From Candidatus Heimdallarchaeota archaeon (GTDB lineage Archaea > Asgardarchaeota > Heimdallarchaeia > Heimdallarchaeales > Kariarchaeaceae), in the NCBI GenBank assembly GCA_015523565.1, contig WAKA01000095.1:1-64000 (forward strand): a DNA stretch of 64,000 nt, written 5' to 3'. This document shows, one piece after another, positions 10,355 through 20,403 of the stretch; position 1 is the stretch's first letter; each line of letters begins with the position of its first letter. The translations under genes and the position numbers were made by a program. The notes beneath the pieces were generated by a model. It was given only the letters and a program-made list of their open reading frames with translations, searched no databases and was not told the origin of the DNA.

Positions 10355-10999
10355 ATGTCAACAGATCAAGAATTATTTGAAGGGACTATAGATGAGAATG
10401 AACTATTGGTGCCATTGGATGACTATTTGACATCTGGTGTTCATATCGGTACAACTGTTGCAACCAAACAGATGGAACCATTCATTTACAGGGTAAGAAA
10501 TGATGGACTGTATGTTTTGGACATCAAAAAAACAGATGAACGAATCAGGCAGGCCGCAAAAATGCTTGCATTGTATGACCCTGAGGATGTGGTGGTCGTT
10601 TCCCAGAGACAATATGGAACCGTGCCATCCTCGAAATTTGCAAGATTATGTGGATTCAAGGCAATTCCTGGTCGTTTTGTCCCAGGAACATTTACTAACC
10701 CACAGAGCAAATATTTCACAGAACCAAGTATCGTTTTTATCAATGATCCAAAATCAGACAAACAGGCATTGGATGAAGCCAGAAGAATGAACATTCCTGT
10801 CATTGCGCTCTGTGATTCTGACAACACTACAGCTTATGTTGATTTGGCAATTCCTGCTAATAACAAAGGTCGTCGAGCTTTAGCAAGGGTTTATCTTTTG
10901 TTAAGCAGACAGGTTCTGAGAGAACGCAACGAACTTGGTGAAAATGAGCCTCTTGGACTTGAACTTGATGATTTTGCCTTTAAGCTTTTGAGAAACTAG
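10355..10999 (+). CDS. rps2: 30S ribosomal protein S2 (archaeal)
   Basis: GVHIGT, YRVRNDGLYVLD, GRFVPGTFTNP, PANNKGRRAL. Confidence 0.97.
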   Translation: MSTDQELFEGTIDENELLVPLDDYLTSGVHIGTTVATKQMEPFIYRVRNDGLYVLDIKKTDERIRQAAKMLALYDPEDVVVVSQRQYGTVPSSKFARLCGFKAIPGRFVPGTFTNPQSKYFTEPSIVFINDPKSDKQALDEARRMNIPVIALCDSDNTTAYVDLAIPANNKGRRALARVYLLLSRQVLRERNELGENEPLGLELDDFAFKLLRN

Positions 11000-11039
11000 A
11001 TCGCCTCATTTTAAAAACTAATCCGTAATGAAAAAATTA

Positions 11040-11246
11040 TTACCGTTCCTGTTGATATGGAAGAATGGTATCGATTAAATTTACTTGACTAATAACCATC
11101 CTTCGACAGCATACTTTTTTGAGCCGTAGTTCATCCAATATTTCTGAAACTGGGCGATTTGGGTCTTCTTTCTTCATCTGTTCAAATTTTTCCCACTTAT
11201 CGCCTACTATAGTGCCACAAGTGAAGCATCGGACTGGTATAATCAT
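11040..11246 (-). CDS. rpoN: DNA-directed RNA polymerase subunit N (Rpo10)
   Basis: MIIPVRCFTCG...CCRRM; start set at MIIP. Confidence 0.96.
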   Translation of the reverse strand: MIIPVRCFTCGTIVGDKWEKFEQMKKEDPNRPVSEILDELRLKKVCCRRMVISQVNLIDTILPYQQER

Positions 11247-11354
11247 TAATTTCTTCTTTTCTTTCTTCTTCAAAAGATTATTGATACCGCGAGCTTTTAT
11301 AATTTCTAGGACGAAAGGTGTATTTTTTAAAGACTATGACTTTTTTTCTGTTAT

Positions 11355-13262
11355 ATGAAATCACGAAAAGCTCTGACTGTTTCATTACTTGTCATTGCCC
11401 TGATCTTTTCCTCTAATCCCTTATTATCAAATGCTAATACAGATAATTTCAAACTTACAATCATTATCCCTGGCGATAACCAGAGAATTAGAGTCTTTGT
11501 CAACCTTTTGAATGATTATTGGGATCCCTTACATATAGAACTAAATATTGTGGGTTTCCCTGAACCAACATATATTCAAAATCTTTTGAACCCCACCCTG
11601 AGTTGGGACTTGGCAATTATCTCTTTTGATGGGGGTGAGAAAGGAGACCCTGGGCTTTTAGATCTATATGACCCTGAATATTCTGTTATTGCAAAAAAAT
11701 TATTTCCCTTTACAAATCCAGATTTGTTAAGTGAAATTGGAATTGGTAATGATTTCCTTCAGTTACTCCATGATGCTTATTTTACATTTAATAAAACACA
11801 AAAGGTGGAGTTGTTAAAGACATTCCAAAGAAAATTTAATGAAGAGTGGTTGTTGAATTTGCCTCTTTTCACAAAACTTGGTGCAGTGATTGCATATCGG
11901 CAACTAAATGGCTTTAATCCACAGGAAGGAATGGCAAACTCAATTTTCAGTGGCATGCATTGGAACGGCAATGCAAAACGACGAGAGGATCAGGGGGGCA
12001 CAACTGACAATCTTAGACTGCTTATCCAAGATCCAGTTGGAAGTTTTAATCCTCTTTTTACGGTTTCTGGTGATTATGAAGAATTAAATTCTCTGATCTT
12101 TCCCCAATTGATGCTATTTGATGAAAATGTAAATCCATATCCTGATCTTGCTGTCGGCTATGACATTGATTATTTGGCTAATGGAAGTAGCTATATTACC
12201 GTGACCTTAAGAGATGATGCGAATTGGATAAACAAAGACGGACAAATAGAAGGGAAAATTGGTGTAAAAGATGTCAAATTTACTTTTGACGTATTGAAAT
12301 TCGATTGGGTTCCGACTGTATCAAATAACCTCATTCCACGAATCAAATCAATAAAAATCTTGAATGATACATCCATCCAATTTTTCATTTCAAAATCTAG
12401 CCCCTCTGATTTATATCTAATTGGCAGACAACACATTGTTCCTGAATACCTTCTAAACCAAACACTTACAATCCGGAATGAAGAAATAGGAACAATTTAT
12501 GGAGACAAAATTTCTCCCCTAGATTCAGACCAATGGGCAAACTTTGCATCTCAACCAGTTTCTGGTTCCATGTATTATTTCAAATCCAAAAGGGAAAATA
12601 TCATAACTCTCAAACCAAATCCTAGTTATTGGTACCCAACCATTGATGATATTGTCACTCCCACCACATGGGATCCTTCAAGCAATAAATTCTTTGATTG
12701 GAATGATGATCCTTCCACACCAAAAATTGAAAAGCCAGTCAATGCTCTAATTAATGAAATTACCTATGCAATTATTGAAGACAAATCAAGTGCATCATTA
12801 CAGTTCCATTATGGCATACTTGATGTTTTCAGATCCAAGGTTGCCGATTCTAAAAACCTCTATTTGAATGATGAAGACTTGGTAAACAGGGATTTCATTC
12901 CAAAAGGGTATATTGAGACCTTTCTTGTTAATTATGAAAACAACCAATATCTTCGGGACTACCGTGTCCGAAAAGCATTGCTTGCCGCCCTGAACCGTAC
13001 TGAAATGCTTGAAATAATGGGGACAAGTCAGGAAATACAATACTCCCCGATCTCCAAGGCATATACTGAATATTACAGTGACCAAGGGGGGGTTCATTAT
13101 GATTACAATCTAGCAAGGGATTTGTTCAGGGAGGCAGGATTTGTTGCTGAAGAATATTCAACTCTCCAATATTCAACTAGAAACATCAACGTTTCTATTT
13201 CCCTTTTTGGAATTCTTGTGGCTATAATTGTAGGTTTCCGGAAAAGAAAAACGACATATTGA
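11355..13262 (+). CDS. ABC transporter family-5 (Dpp/Opp-like) substrate-binding protein, circularly permuted, C-terminally anchored
   Basis: SFNPL, PYPDLA, DVKFTF, PVSG, DYRVRKALLAALNR, YDYNLARDLFREAG; signal peptide; C-terminal TM plus RKRK. Confidence 0.82.
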   Translation: MKSRKALTVSLLVIALIFSSNPLLSNANTDNFKLTIIIPGDNQRIRVFVNLLNDYWDPLHIELNIVGFPEPTYIQNLLNPTLSWDLAIISFDGGEKGDPGLLDLYDPEYSVIAKKLFPFTNPDLLSEIGIGNDFLQLLHDAYFTFNKTQKVELLKTFQRKFNEEWLLNLPLFTKLGAVIAYRQLNGFNPQEGMANSIFSGMHWNGNAKRREDQGGTTDNLRLLIQDPVGSFNPLFTVSGDYEELNSLIFPQLMLFDENVNPYPDLAVGYDIDYLANGSSYITVTLRDDANWINKDGQIEGKIGVKDVKFTFDVLKFDWVPTVSNNLIPRIKSIKILNDTSIQFFISKSSPSDLYLIGRQHIVPEYLLNQTLTIRNEEIGTIYGDKISPLDSDQWANFASQPVSGSMYYFKSKRENIITLKPNPSYWYPTIDDIVTPTTWDPSSNKFFDWNDDPSTPKIEKPVNALINEITYAIIEDKSSASLQFHYGILDVFRSKVADSKNLYLNDEDLVNRDFIPKGYIETFLVNYENNQYLRDYRVRKALLAALNRTEMLEIMGTSQEIQYSPISKAYTEYYSDQGGVHYDYNLARDLFREAGFVAEEYSTLQYSTRNINVSISLFGILVAIIVGFRKRKTTY

Positions 13263-13558
13263 AATTAGACCGATATTCTTACTATCTAATGACAGATGAC
13301 AAAATGATGCAAAATCTAGCAATCCGTCTTTTTCTTTCCGTCGGTTTTGCAGTATCACTTATTTTGTTTGGAATTATGTTTTTCTTCGTCGGTGTTTTCT
13401 TTCTAGGAAGCACCTCTGTATCAACAGAAAAATACAGAAATTCCTCCAAATGGTGGATTATGACTGGTCTACTTCTTGTCTTTATAGGTTTCCCTCTTTT
13501 AATTCGCATACTTCAAGACACCCCTGAACCTGGGTCTTTGGGATACAAACATTTCTAA
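13259..13558 (+). CDS. Small membrane protein, hypothetical
   Basis: Two hydrophobic helices; start uncertain. Confidence 0.5.
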   Translation: MKLDRYSYYLMTDDKMMQNLAIRLFLSVGFAVSLILFGIMFFFVGVFFLGSTSVSTEKYRNSSKWWIMTGLLLVFIGFPLLIRILQDTPEPGSLGYKHF

Positions 13559-13597
13559 ATGTACAATCTTATATCTTATGTCGTTGAAGGAAAATAG

Positions 13598-14329
13598 ATG
13601 AAAATCAAACAGAAAATCGAAGAAATTTGGACAACAAACAACTCATTAGGTACTGCATTGCCAGAATTGATTGATCTTCTTCAACTCGCAAGAAGTTCAC
13701 AAGAACAAATTCCAGTTGAACTGCAACTTGATATTTTAATGACTGCAAATTATGTCATGGAATATGGTACAACTCGGGATTCTCTTTTTCATTTATCCCA
13801 AACATGGTTGGATGTCATGAAAGAATTGGAAAAAAACACATCTATATCAAATGACTTGCATCGTAAAATCAATAGGTTTAACTCAATCTTTGTCAATGCT
13901 CTTTTAGGATCACTTGTTTATGATAAACAAAATAAAATGTCAGAAACCTCCTCTGCCTTGAATACGGTATTGCATTTCTTAAACTTACCTTCATCACATT
14001 CCAACACTATTGAATTTTCATTGCAATCCATTGTCCATCTGCTTCTGAAATTTTTGGATGTTGCATCGCCAACCTCTTGGTTTTTAGATAATGTGTTTGA
14101 TCTTGTTACCGTTCTTTCTATTCTTGAAGATTTAAACTGTGATGCTACAAATTTTAGGCAAGATTTGGATTCATTGAAATCAAAAATCAAACGAATCGAC
14201 CCAGAACTAACATTAATGTCCAATATTCCAATTCAAACTGAAAAGTACCGGTTCATATCTATAATGATGGACAATGCAAATCCACTTAATGAGACATGGT
14301 TGAAAAATGCCAAATACTTAATCGAATAG
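13598..14329 (+). CDS. Hypothetical alpha-helical protein
   Basis: 243-aa ORF with no recognised motif. Confidence 0.55.
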   Translation: MKIKQKIEEIWTTNNSLGTALPELIDLLQLARSSQEQIPVELQLDILMTANYVMEYGTTRDSLFHLSQTWLDVMKELEKNTSISNDLHRKINRFNSIFVNALLGSLVYDKQNKMSETSSALNTVLHFLNLPSSHSNTIEFSLQSIVHLLLKFLDVASPTSWFLDNVFDLVTVLSILEDLNCDATNFRQDLDSLKSKIKRIDPELTLMSNIPIQTEKYRFISIMMDNANPLNETWLKNAKYLIE

Positions 14330-14489
14330 AATTGAATACCGAAAAATAATGTTTTTTATTACTTCGAATGCTGTTTTTATCAAATCTGCATGTTTAACCC
14401 AGAAGGTGTATTTAAAAATACCCAAGCCCACACCTTACATGCAAGACAAATTTCCGTCTTTGTGAAAAAACACATTATGAGGTGACAAA

Positions 14490-15440
14490 ATGAGTTTAAT
14501 GTCATATTTTATCAGAAGAACATTGGCTATGATACCCCTTACAATCGGGGTTTCAATGCTAATTTTTTTCATGTTCGCAATCACCCCAATTGACCCTGTT
14601 AACATAAAGGTTGGGCTTGACCCTAATGCACAAAAAAATCGTGACCAATATGTTAAGGCATGGGGACTAGACAAACCTATTTACCAACGATACCTTGATT
14701 GGGCTATTCCTATGTTTACCCGACTTGAATTTGGCGAAAGTTGGACAAGGGACGTACCTGTTGAAGAAATCTTCGCACCATATATTGGGAATACAATTTT
14801 CCTCTTTGGAATCTCTTTTGTCCTGTCTTTACTTGTCTCAACAATTATTGGTATCGTTGCCGCAACTCACCATAACTCATGGTTTGATCAATCTGCTTTA
14901 TTTGGGAGCCTTGTTGGTTTCTCTATCCCTGGATTCGTTCTTGGCATTGTTCTTATCATGACTATGTATTCTGCCTTTGGTATTTTGGCAGTTTACCTTT
15001 CAGGGAATGATACAAACCTTGGTGACCAAATTTGGGCAGTTGTCGTTGCGGAATTGACCATGCTTATTTCAGGCATTGCATTTGCGACTCGACTTGTCCG
15101 ATCCCAAATGCTTAATGTCCTTAGGCAAAACTATATCCGTACTGCAAGAGCTAAAGGTCTATCCGAAAGAACAGTGATCTACAAACACGCCCTAAGAAAT
15201 GCATTGTTGCCATTCGTGACAGTCATTGCCCTCTCATTGCCAGGTATTCTCAGTGGCTCTCCAATCATTGAACGTGTATTTAATTATCCCGGTGTTGGCA
15301 GACAACTGATTCGTGCGGCTCTTGAATTTGATTTACCAACAGTTCTTGCTGTAAACATGTTCTTTTCAGTAGTGACAATTTTCATGCTTTTGATCGCAGA
15401 CATTGTTTATGGCATTGTCGACCCAAGGATTAAATTTTAG
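14490..15440 (+). CDS. dppB: Peptide ABC transporter permease (DppB/OppB family)
   Basis: GLDKPIYQRY, YIRTARAKGLSERTVIYKHALRNAL, DPRI; SD AGGTGA upstream. Confidence 0.92.
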   Translation: MSLMSYFIRRTLAMIPLTIGVSMLIFFMFAITPIDPVNIKVGLDPNAQKNRDQYVKAWGLDKPIYQRYLDWAIPMFTRLEFGESWTRDVPVEEIFAPYIGNTIFLFGISFVLSLLVSTIIGIVAATHHNSWFDQSALFGSLVGFSIPGFVLGIVLIMTMYSAFGILAVYLSGNDTNLGDQIWAVVVAELTMLISGIAFATRLVRSQMLNVLRQNYIRTARAKGLSERTVIYKHALRNALLPFVTVIALSLPGILSGSPIIERVFNYPGVGRQLIRAALEFDLPTVLAVNMFFSVVTIFMLLIADIVYGIVDPRIKF

Positions 15441-15448
15441 GAGGATTT

Positions 15449-17188
15449 ATGATGTCATCAGTTACAGTTACAGAAAAAATCTCTGGACCGGTTCTTCCAT
15501 CACCTGGTCGATATAATCCTTCTTATTTCTCAATTGCAATTAATGCAACATCATTGCTTTCATTTTTCTTTATGTTGCGTTTTCTGCTATTTGGCTCCAT
15601 CTTTTTCTTCTTTGGAATACAGGACTACATGGAATATCAAAGGCAATATAAAATCGCCAAGCAGGAATACGAAAAAGAAAAATTGGCCTATATTGGTGCT
15701 AATCCAGATAAGCCATTTACGCAACCATTTTCCTTTGTAGCAAAAGATGCCAATGGAGATCCAATATTCCCAACCTTGCTGTTAAGAGATGCGCTAAAAC
15801 AATTCATGATCCTTCTCCTGATATTCTTCGTCACTAAAAAGGTCTTACAAGCTTATGGTGCAAAAATGGTGACTCTGGATGATGAAGGAATTAGAATTAA
15901 AAGATTTGAATATAAACAACTCTTCAAAAAGGTATTTCTTGCACCATATTACTTCTTAAAAACAAAAAGTTTGGATTTGGATCCATTCAGGGAGGTTGAT
16001 TTTGTTGCTTGGGAAGGTGTTTTGGATGTTCAAGTCAAAAAATCAGAAAGCCTCTTGTCTTCCGTCGCTAAAAACCTCCAAAAAGCAACGATTTATACAA
16101 TGGACAAGTCCATTGGAATCGAAAGCATAAATTATCGAAACTCTGGAGAATTGATGGAAAAGCTAAAAATCTTTGGTGACAGTTTAGAGGAAAAAGTTAT
16201 TGACTTTGGATATGGTGCAAGCATTGCAATCATCTGGAGACGTATGAAAAGATCCAAGGTCGGTGTTTTGGGTTTTGTTCTCGTTGTTTTCTTCTTGGTT
16301 GTCGCCTTGCTCGCTGCGGCATTCAGCATTGCATATCCATTAAAGGATTTAACCATAAGGACTCAACCAGTCCTAGTTGAATTTTTCAAGCTCAACATTG
16401 GCGGTAAGGAGATCCCAATCCATTTAAGAAATCCCAATTATGGAAACGTGCGTGATAGATGGGTTCCTCCCAATGAACAATATTATTTCGGCACAGATGG
16501 TGATGGTCGAGACATTTTTTCAAGGGTTTTCTTTGGATCCTTTTATTCCATTCTAATCGGTATCGTTGCAGAAGTAATTGTTGTGGTTCTTGGCGGTGTC
16601 ATTGGTGCTGCCAGTGGTTATATGGGCGGTGCTTTTGATAACGTCATGATGAGGGTTGCAGATGTCCTTTTGGTTTTGCCTGGTCTTCCTATCCTTATTA
16701 TGATATCTGCCGCTTTCGGATCGGTGTTTGATGTAATCGATATCGAAGGTGCTTATTATCTAATTGTTTATTCAATTTTCTCACTTATCGGATGGTCTGG
16801 CACTGCAAGATATGTGAGGGCAGAAGTTCTGGCATTAAAAGAGGCAGAATTCATCCAAGCAGAGTATGTTTTAGGTGCAACCCATTGGAGAACAATTACC
16901 CGCCACATCATTCCCAATGCAATGTCAACACTCATAATCATATTTACGTTGGGAATTGCAGGTGTCATTCAAGGTGTTGCTTCTCTCGCATTCCTTGGTT
17001 TCGGATCTTCCGACACATTGGTCTGGGGAAGTGATCTCTCTGTTTATACCAATGACACTCGTTTGATCACCCAAGGGACATGGTGGGGCGTTACATTTGT
17101 CTCACTAGCTCTGTTCCTACTTACCTTGGGTTTCAACCTTTTGGGAGATAGCCTTAGGGATGCACTTGATCCAAGATTGAAAGAATAG
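15449..17188 (+). CDS. dppC: Peptide ABC transporter permease (DppC/OppC family) with ~250-aa N-terminal extension
   Basis: FGTDGDGRDIFSR, EFIQAEYVLGA, RHIIPN, FNLLGDSLRDALDP. Confidence 0.9.
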   Translation: MMSSVTVTEKISGPVLPSPGRYNPSYFSIAINATSLLSFFFMLRFLLFGSIFFFFGIQDYMEYQRQYKIAKQEYEKEKLAYIGANPDKPFTQPFSFVAKDANGDPIFPTLLLRDALKQFMILLLIFFVTKKVLQAYGAKMVTLDDEGIRIKRFEYKQLFKKVFLAPYYFLKTKSLDLDPFREVDFVAWEGVLDVQVKKSESLLSSVAKNLQKATIYTMDKSIGIESINYRNSGELMEKLKIFGDSLEEKVIDFGYGASIAIIWRRMKRSKVGVLGFVLVVFFLVVALLAAAFSIAYPLKDLTIRTQPVLVEFFKLNIGGKEIPIHLRNPNYGNVRDRWVPPNEQYYFGTDGDGRDIFSRVFFGSFYSILIGIVAEVIVVVLGGVIGAASGYMGGAFDNVMMRVADVLLVLPGLPILIMISAAFGSVFDVIDIEGAYYLIVYSIFSLIGWSGTARYVRAEVLALKEAEFIQAEYVLGATHWRTITRHIIPNAMSTLIIIFTLGIAGVIQGVASLAFLGFGSSDTLVWGSDLSVYTNDTRLITQGTWWGVTFVSLALFLLTLGFNLLGDSLRDALDPRLKE

Positions 17189-17231
17189 AACAAATTGAAA
17201 ACAACATAATTATTAGATACTTCACAATATT

Positions 17232-17924
17232 TTGTTCATGGAAAAATTACCATCAGATTATGAAGAAGTCAAACAGAAAGGTATTCATGTTTTCATTAAA
17301 GGAAACTTAATTGGCGCTGATTTATTGGAAAAAGTAAAATATTTGATTTTGTATTTCTTTGCTCTTGTCTTGTTACCAATTGCCTTAATCGATGGAATCA
17401 TCTTCTTTCTTTCAGGAAATCAAATCTCAACGATGTGGACTTTCATTTTGATATCTCTATTTGCAACCATTACAATAATTTTCTACTATTATTGGGGCTG
17501 GAAAAAAACATTTGAAGCATGGTATTACTTTGACCATGAAAATGAAATCATGTTCGCGTTGATCAAAAGTAAATCCCCTATACTTCTTGAAATCCCATAT
17601 GAAGAAATAGAAACAATCGATTGGTCTGGTGGGTCAAATGGCTTCGCAATTATTAGGACACCTATCGTATCTTTGAAAACTGAAAGAGCTAAAAACAAAA
17701 GAGAAGGTTCAATTACTGAAATGTGGTCTGAAATTGCAAAAACTAGAGCGCCTTTTCAAGATTGGCCTTATACTTTACTCTGTGTATCCTGTAACGAGGA
17801 ATTTGGGCATCATATCGGCACTGCTGTCTGCCCTTTTGAAGAAAATATCGCTTTAATTGACCCAAATGCTAAAGGAAGACATGATCCTGAATCAATCTCC
17901 CATGAGGATCTTGATCGCGTGTGA
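17232..17924 (+). CDS. Membrane protein (2 TM, PH-like segment, C-terminal Cys/His cluster), hypothetical
   Basis: Two TM helices; EIPYEEIETIDW; CVSC...HH...CP. Confidence 0.55.
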   Translation: MFMEKLPSDYEEVKQKGIHVFIKGNLIGADLLEKVKYLILYFFALVLLPIALIDGIIFFLSGNQISTMWTFILISLFATITIIFYYYWGWKKTFEAWYYFDHENEIMFALIKSKSPILLEIPYEEIETIDWSGGSNGFAIIRTPIVSLKTERAKNKREGSITEMWSEIAKTRAPFQDWPYTLLCVSCNEEFGHHIGTAVCPFEENIALIDPNAKGRHDPESISHEDLDRV

Positions 17925-18089
17925 ATTGATTTTTTTACGATTCTAAACTTGATCGAAATAGTGAAAAATTTAAATATCTCTTAAATTAAAGTCTAAAATC
18001 TATTGTTTCTTTACTTCTGAACCCCCCTTTCATTCCCCTTCTAATTTATTAGTGTTCAAACAAATAGCTAAATTACACTAGCCATAAAG

Positions 18090-18203
18090 AGACTCACTCA
18101 AAATCTATAAAAAGGGTGAGTCTAAAGGCGCAGTAAGGATGACGTCGGCAAAGCCGATCCTCATCACACTATATGCGAAATTCGTAGAATTTCATAAAGG
18201 TGA
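18090..18203 (+). promoter_or_regulatory. Inverted repeat around a TATA-like box, plus a structured leader upstream of the SBP gene
   Basis: AGACTCACTC(18090)/GGGTGAGTCT(18114) flank CTATAAAA; hairpins GATGA..TCGGC-AAA-GCCGA..TCATC and GAAATTC-GTA-GAATTTC; AAGGTGA next to the start. Confidence 0.5.
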
Positions 18204-20318
18204 ATGATTAAGATGAAACACAGAAAATTAATGCTATTGAGCTTCCTTATAATGGGTGCATTCTTTTTGAGCTCATTCGGGAACGCAAGCATTTATTCCC
18301 AAACTGTTGCACAAGGTGTTGTCAACTTTGAAATGGTTGTTGAGACTAATGTTGGTAACAGGAGAAGGGAAAGCTTTGCATACTATCTACAACAAGCACT
18401 TGCTCCACTAGGCATAGATGTCAAGGTAGTCGGCAAGCCATTCAGCCAATTTGTTGGTGACTTGCTCTTTGTCAGTCCCAAACCATATGGCATTGGCATT
18501 GTCGGATTTGTTGGCGGTTCTGTCATTGCCCCTGACTTCTATGACCTTTACCACAGCCAAGGGTTCTTCGGTGATCTCCTCTATCAACTGGCATCTGATG
18601 AATGGCAGTCTTGGTTGCCAAATGACCCTGGCAGCGGTGGTATCACCCAACGTGAGGTGGACAACCTCATCGGCAACATGACAAACTCTTTTGACCTGCT
18701 TGGTGAGAGAAAGCAATTGACATTGCAATTCCAGCAGATGTTTATGGAACAGTTGCTTTATGACTATCCACTTCTTGCCCCAACTGGCATTTTCTCAATT
18801 TGGCATGGACTCGAAAACTTCGACCCTGAAGAGGGTACCCTTGGTTCTGCATACCTTGGTGCATATTGGGGTAATGAAACCTCCCCAGACAGGCAAAACA
18901 ATGCATCAACCATCGCAGTCAGGCTTGCCTCCATTACTGGAAACTTTGACCCTCTCCAAGTTGCAGACAGTGAAACATCAACAACATTGGCTGGATTATT
19001 CCCAAGCCTTCTGTTGTTCTCTGGAAGGGATTACAGCCCCCATCCATTCTTGGCAAAACAATTCAATGTCAGCACATGGTTTGATGCTCCAATTGGTCCA
19101 AACGGAACAACTGTTGATGTGCCTTACGGAAGAATGGACTTTTGGATTAACAATGATTGGAAATGGAGATATCCAAACGGAACTGAATTCGGACCAGTCA
19201 CCGTCGATGATGTCAAGTTCTCATTTGACTTGAGAACCGCACCCCACACCCTTATCAACGGCAAATCCGCGTATCAATATATCCATCATGTCGAGACCAA
19301 TGCGACTGAGGGACGGGTCAGTGTTTTCGTTTCTGTACCAAATGTTGATGACCTCTTTGCATTTGGAGGTATGGATATTGTACCATACGACTTGTTGGGC
19401 GGTGAACTTACATTCGCCAACGGCACAAAAATAACCGCTTTGGGTAATACCTCATACAACCCATTTGAAACCGAAGAATGGAATGCTTTTGAGGACAACC
19501 CAGTGCAAAGCGGTCCATATTACATTGACTTCTCAGACGTCAATCAATACAAGCCTGGTGAGTATATCTACAAGTGGGCAAACCCAGACTTCACCTTCCC
19601 CAATGAATGGGACAGCTCAAACTTTGACATGAGAACCCCTGAAGCAGAGGATGCATACTTCTTCGCATGGGCAGACGATCCAAATACTGCAACCCATGAG
19701 AAACCAACTGAGATGACAATCAACCAATTCTACTATCCAATTGTTGAGGACATCAATGTAGAATTGATCCTCTTCAAAGCAGGTGAAGTTGACTTGACTT
19801 CACCCACTGCTTTCGGTGGTAATGAGCTACAATCCCAAATCAATGATCCAAGGTTTGACGTGCACACTGTTTCAACCACAGCCACAGCAGACCTGTTGAT
19901 ATTCAACCTGCTTGATCCCAACCTGAAGAAATACAATGTCAGGAGAGCAATAGCTCACGCTGTCGACAAAACTGCATTGCAAGCACTTGTTGACAATCTC
20001 CGTGAGCCACAGGACTCACCTGTCAAACCATTCTTCAAGAACAACTACTACTCTGACCAATGGAAGATCCCATACGACATTGAGGCCGCAAAGGATCTTA
20101 TGAGGAAAGAAGGTTATACAATTGTCGACCAAGCCGCAGCTAACCCAACAAGCGTAGCTTCATCCAAAGTCGAACAAATTCAAACCTCTGTCCAATCCAA
20201 GGTTAATTCCGTAGTTAACAAAGTGACACAACAAATCAGTCCAAGCCCAGTTGCAGCATTCTTTGCTTCTTTGGCTGTAATGACTGTTGTTGTTGGTCTT
20301 AAAAGAAGAAAAAACTAA
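18204..20318 (+). CDS. ABC transporter family-5 substrate-binding protein, circularly permuted, C-terminally anchored
   Basis: NFDPL, PHPFLA, DDVKFSF, PVQSGPY, AGEVD, NVRRAIAHAVDK, YDIEAAKDLM; S/T/Q-rich linker, TM, KRRKN. Confidence 0.85.
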   Translation: MIKMKHRKLMLLSFLIMGAFFLSSFGNASIYSQTVAQGVVNFEMVVETNVGNRRRESFAYYLQQALAPLGIDVKVVGKPFSQFVGDLLFVSPKPYGIGIVGFVGGSVIAPDFYDLYHSQGFFGDLLYQLASDEWQSWLPNDPGSGGITQREVDNLIGNMTNSFDLLGERKQLTLQFQQMFMEQLLYDYPLLAPTGIFSIWHGLENFDPEEGTLGSAYLGAYWGNETSPDRQNNASTIAVRLASITGNFDPLQVADSETSTTLAGLFPSLLLFSGRDYSPHPFLAKQFNVSTWFDAPIGPNGTTVDVPYGRMDFWINNDWKWRYPNGTEFGPVTVDDVKFSFDLRTAPHTLINGKSAYQYIHHVETNATEGRVSVFVSVPNVDDLFAFGGMDIVPYDLLGGELTFANGTKITALGNTSYNPFETEEWNAFEDNPVQSGPYYIDFSDVNQYKPGEYIYKWANPDFTFPNEWDSSNFDMRTPEAEDAYFFAWADDPNTATHEKPTEMTINQFYYPIVEDINVELILFKAGEVDLTSPTAFGGNELQSQINDPRFDVHTVSTTATADLLIFNLLDPNLKKYNVRRAIAHAVDKTALQALVDNLREPQDSPVKPFFKNNYYSDQWKIPYDIEAAKDLMRKEGYTIVDQAAANPTSVASSKVEQIQTSVQSKVNSVVNKVTQQISPSPVAAFFASLAVMTVVVGLKRRKN

Positions 20319-20403
20319 ACACTCATCAATTTAAAGTGAAATAGTATCAAAAAGTTATCTTAAACAAAAAAAATCTAAAAAAAGTTTATTTGGAAATAGT
20401 TAC

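Noticed and set aside
18125-18195. c-di-GMP-I riboswitch suggested by GCAAAGCC
   Set aside because: The GNRA/receptor two-stem architecture is not evident; kept only as a generic structured leader.
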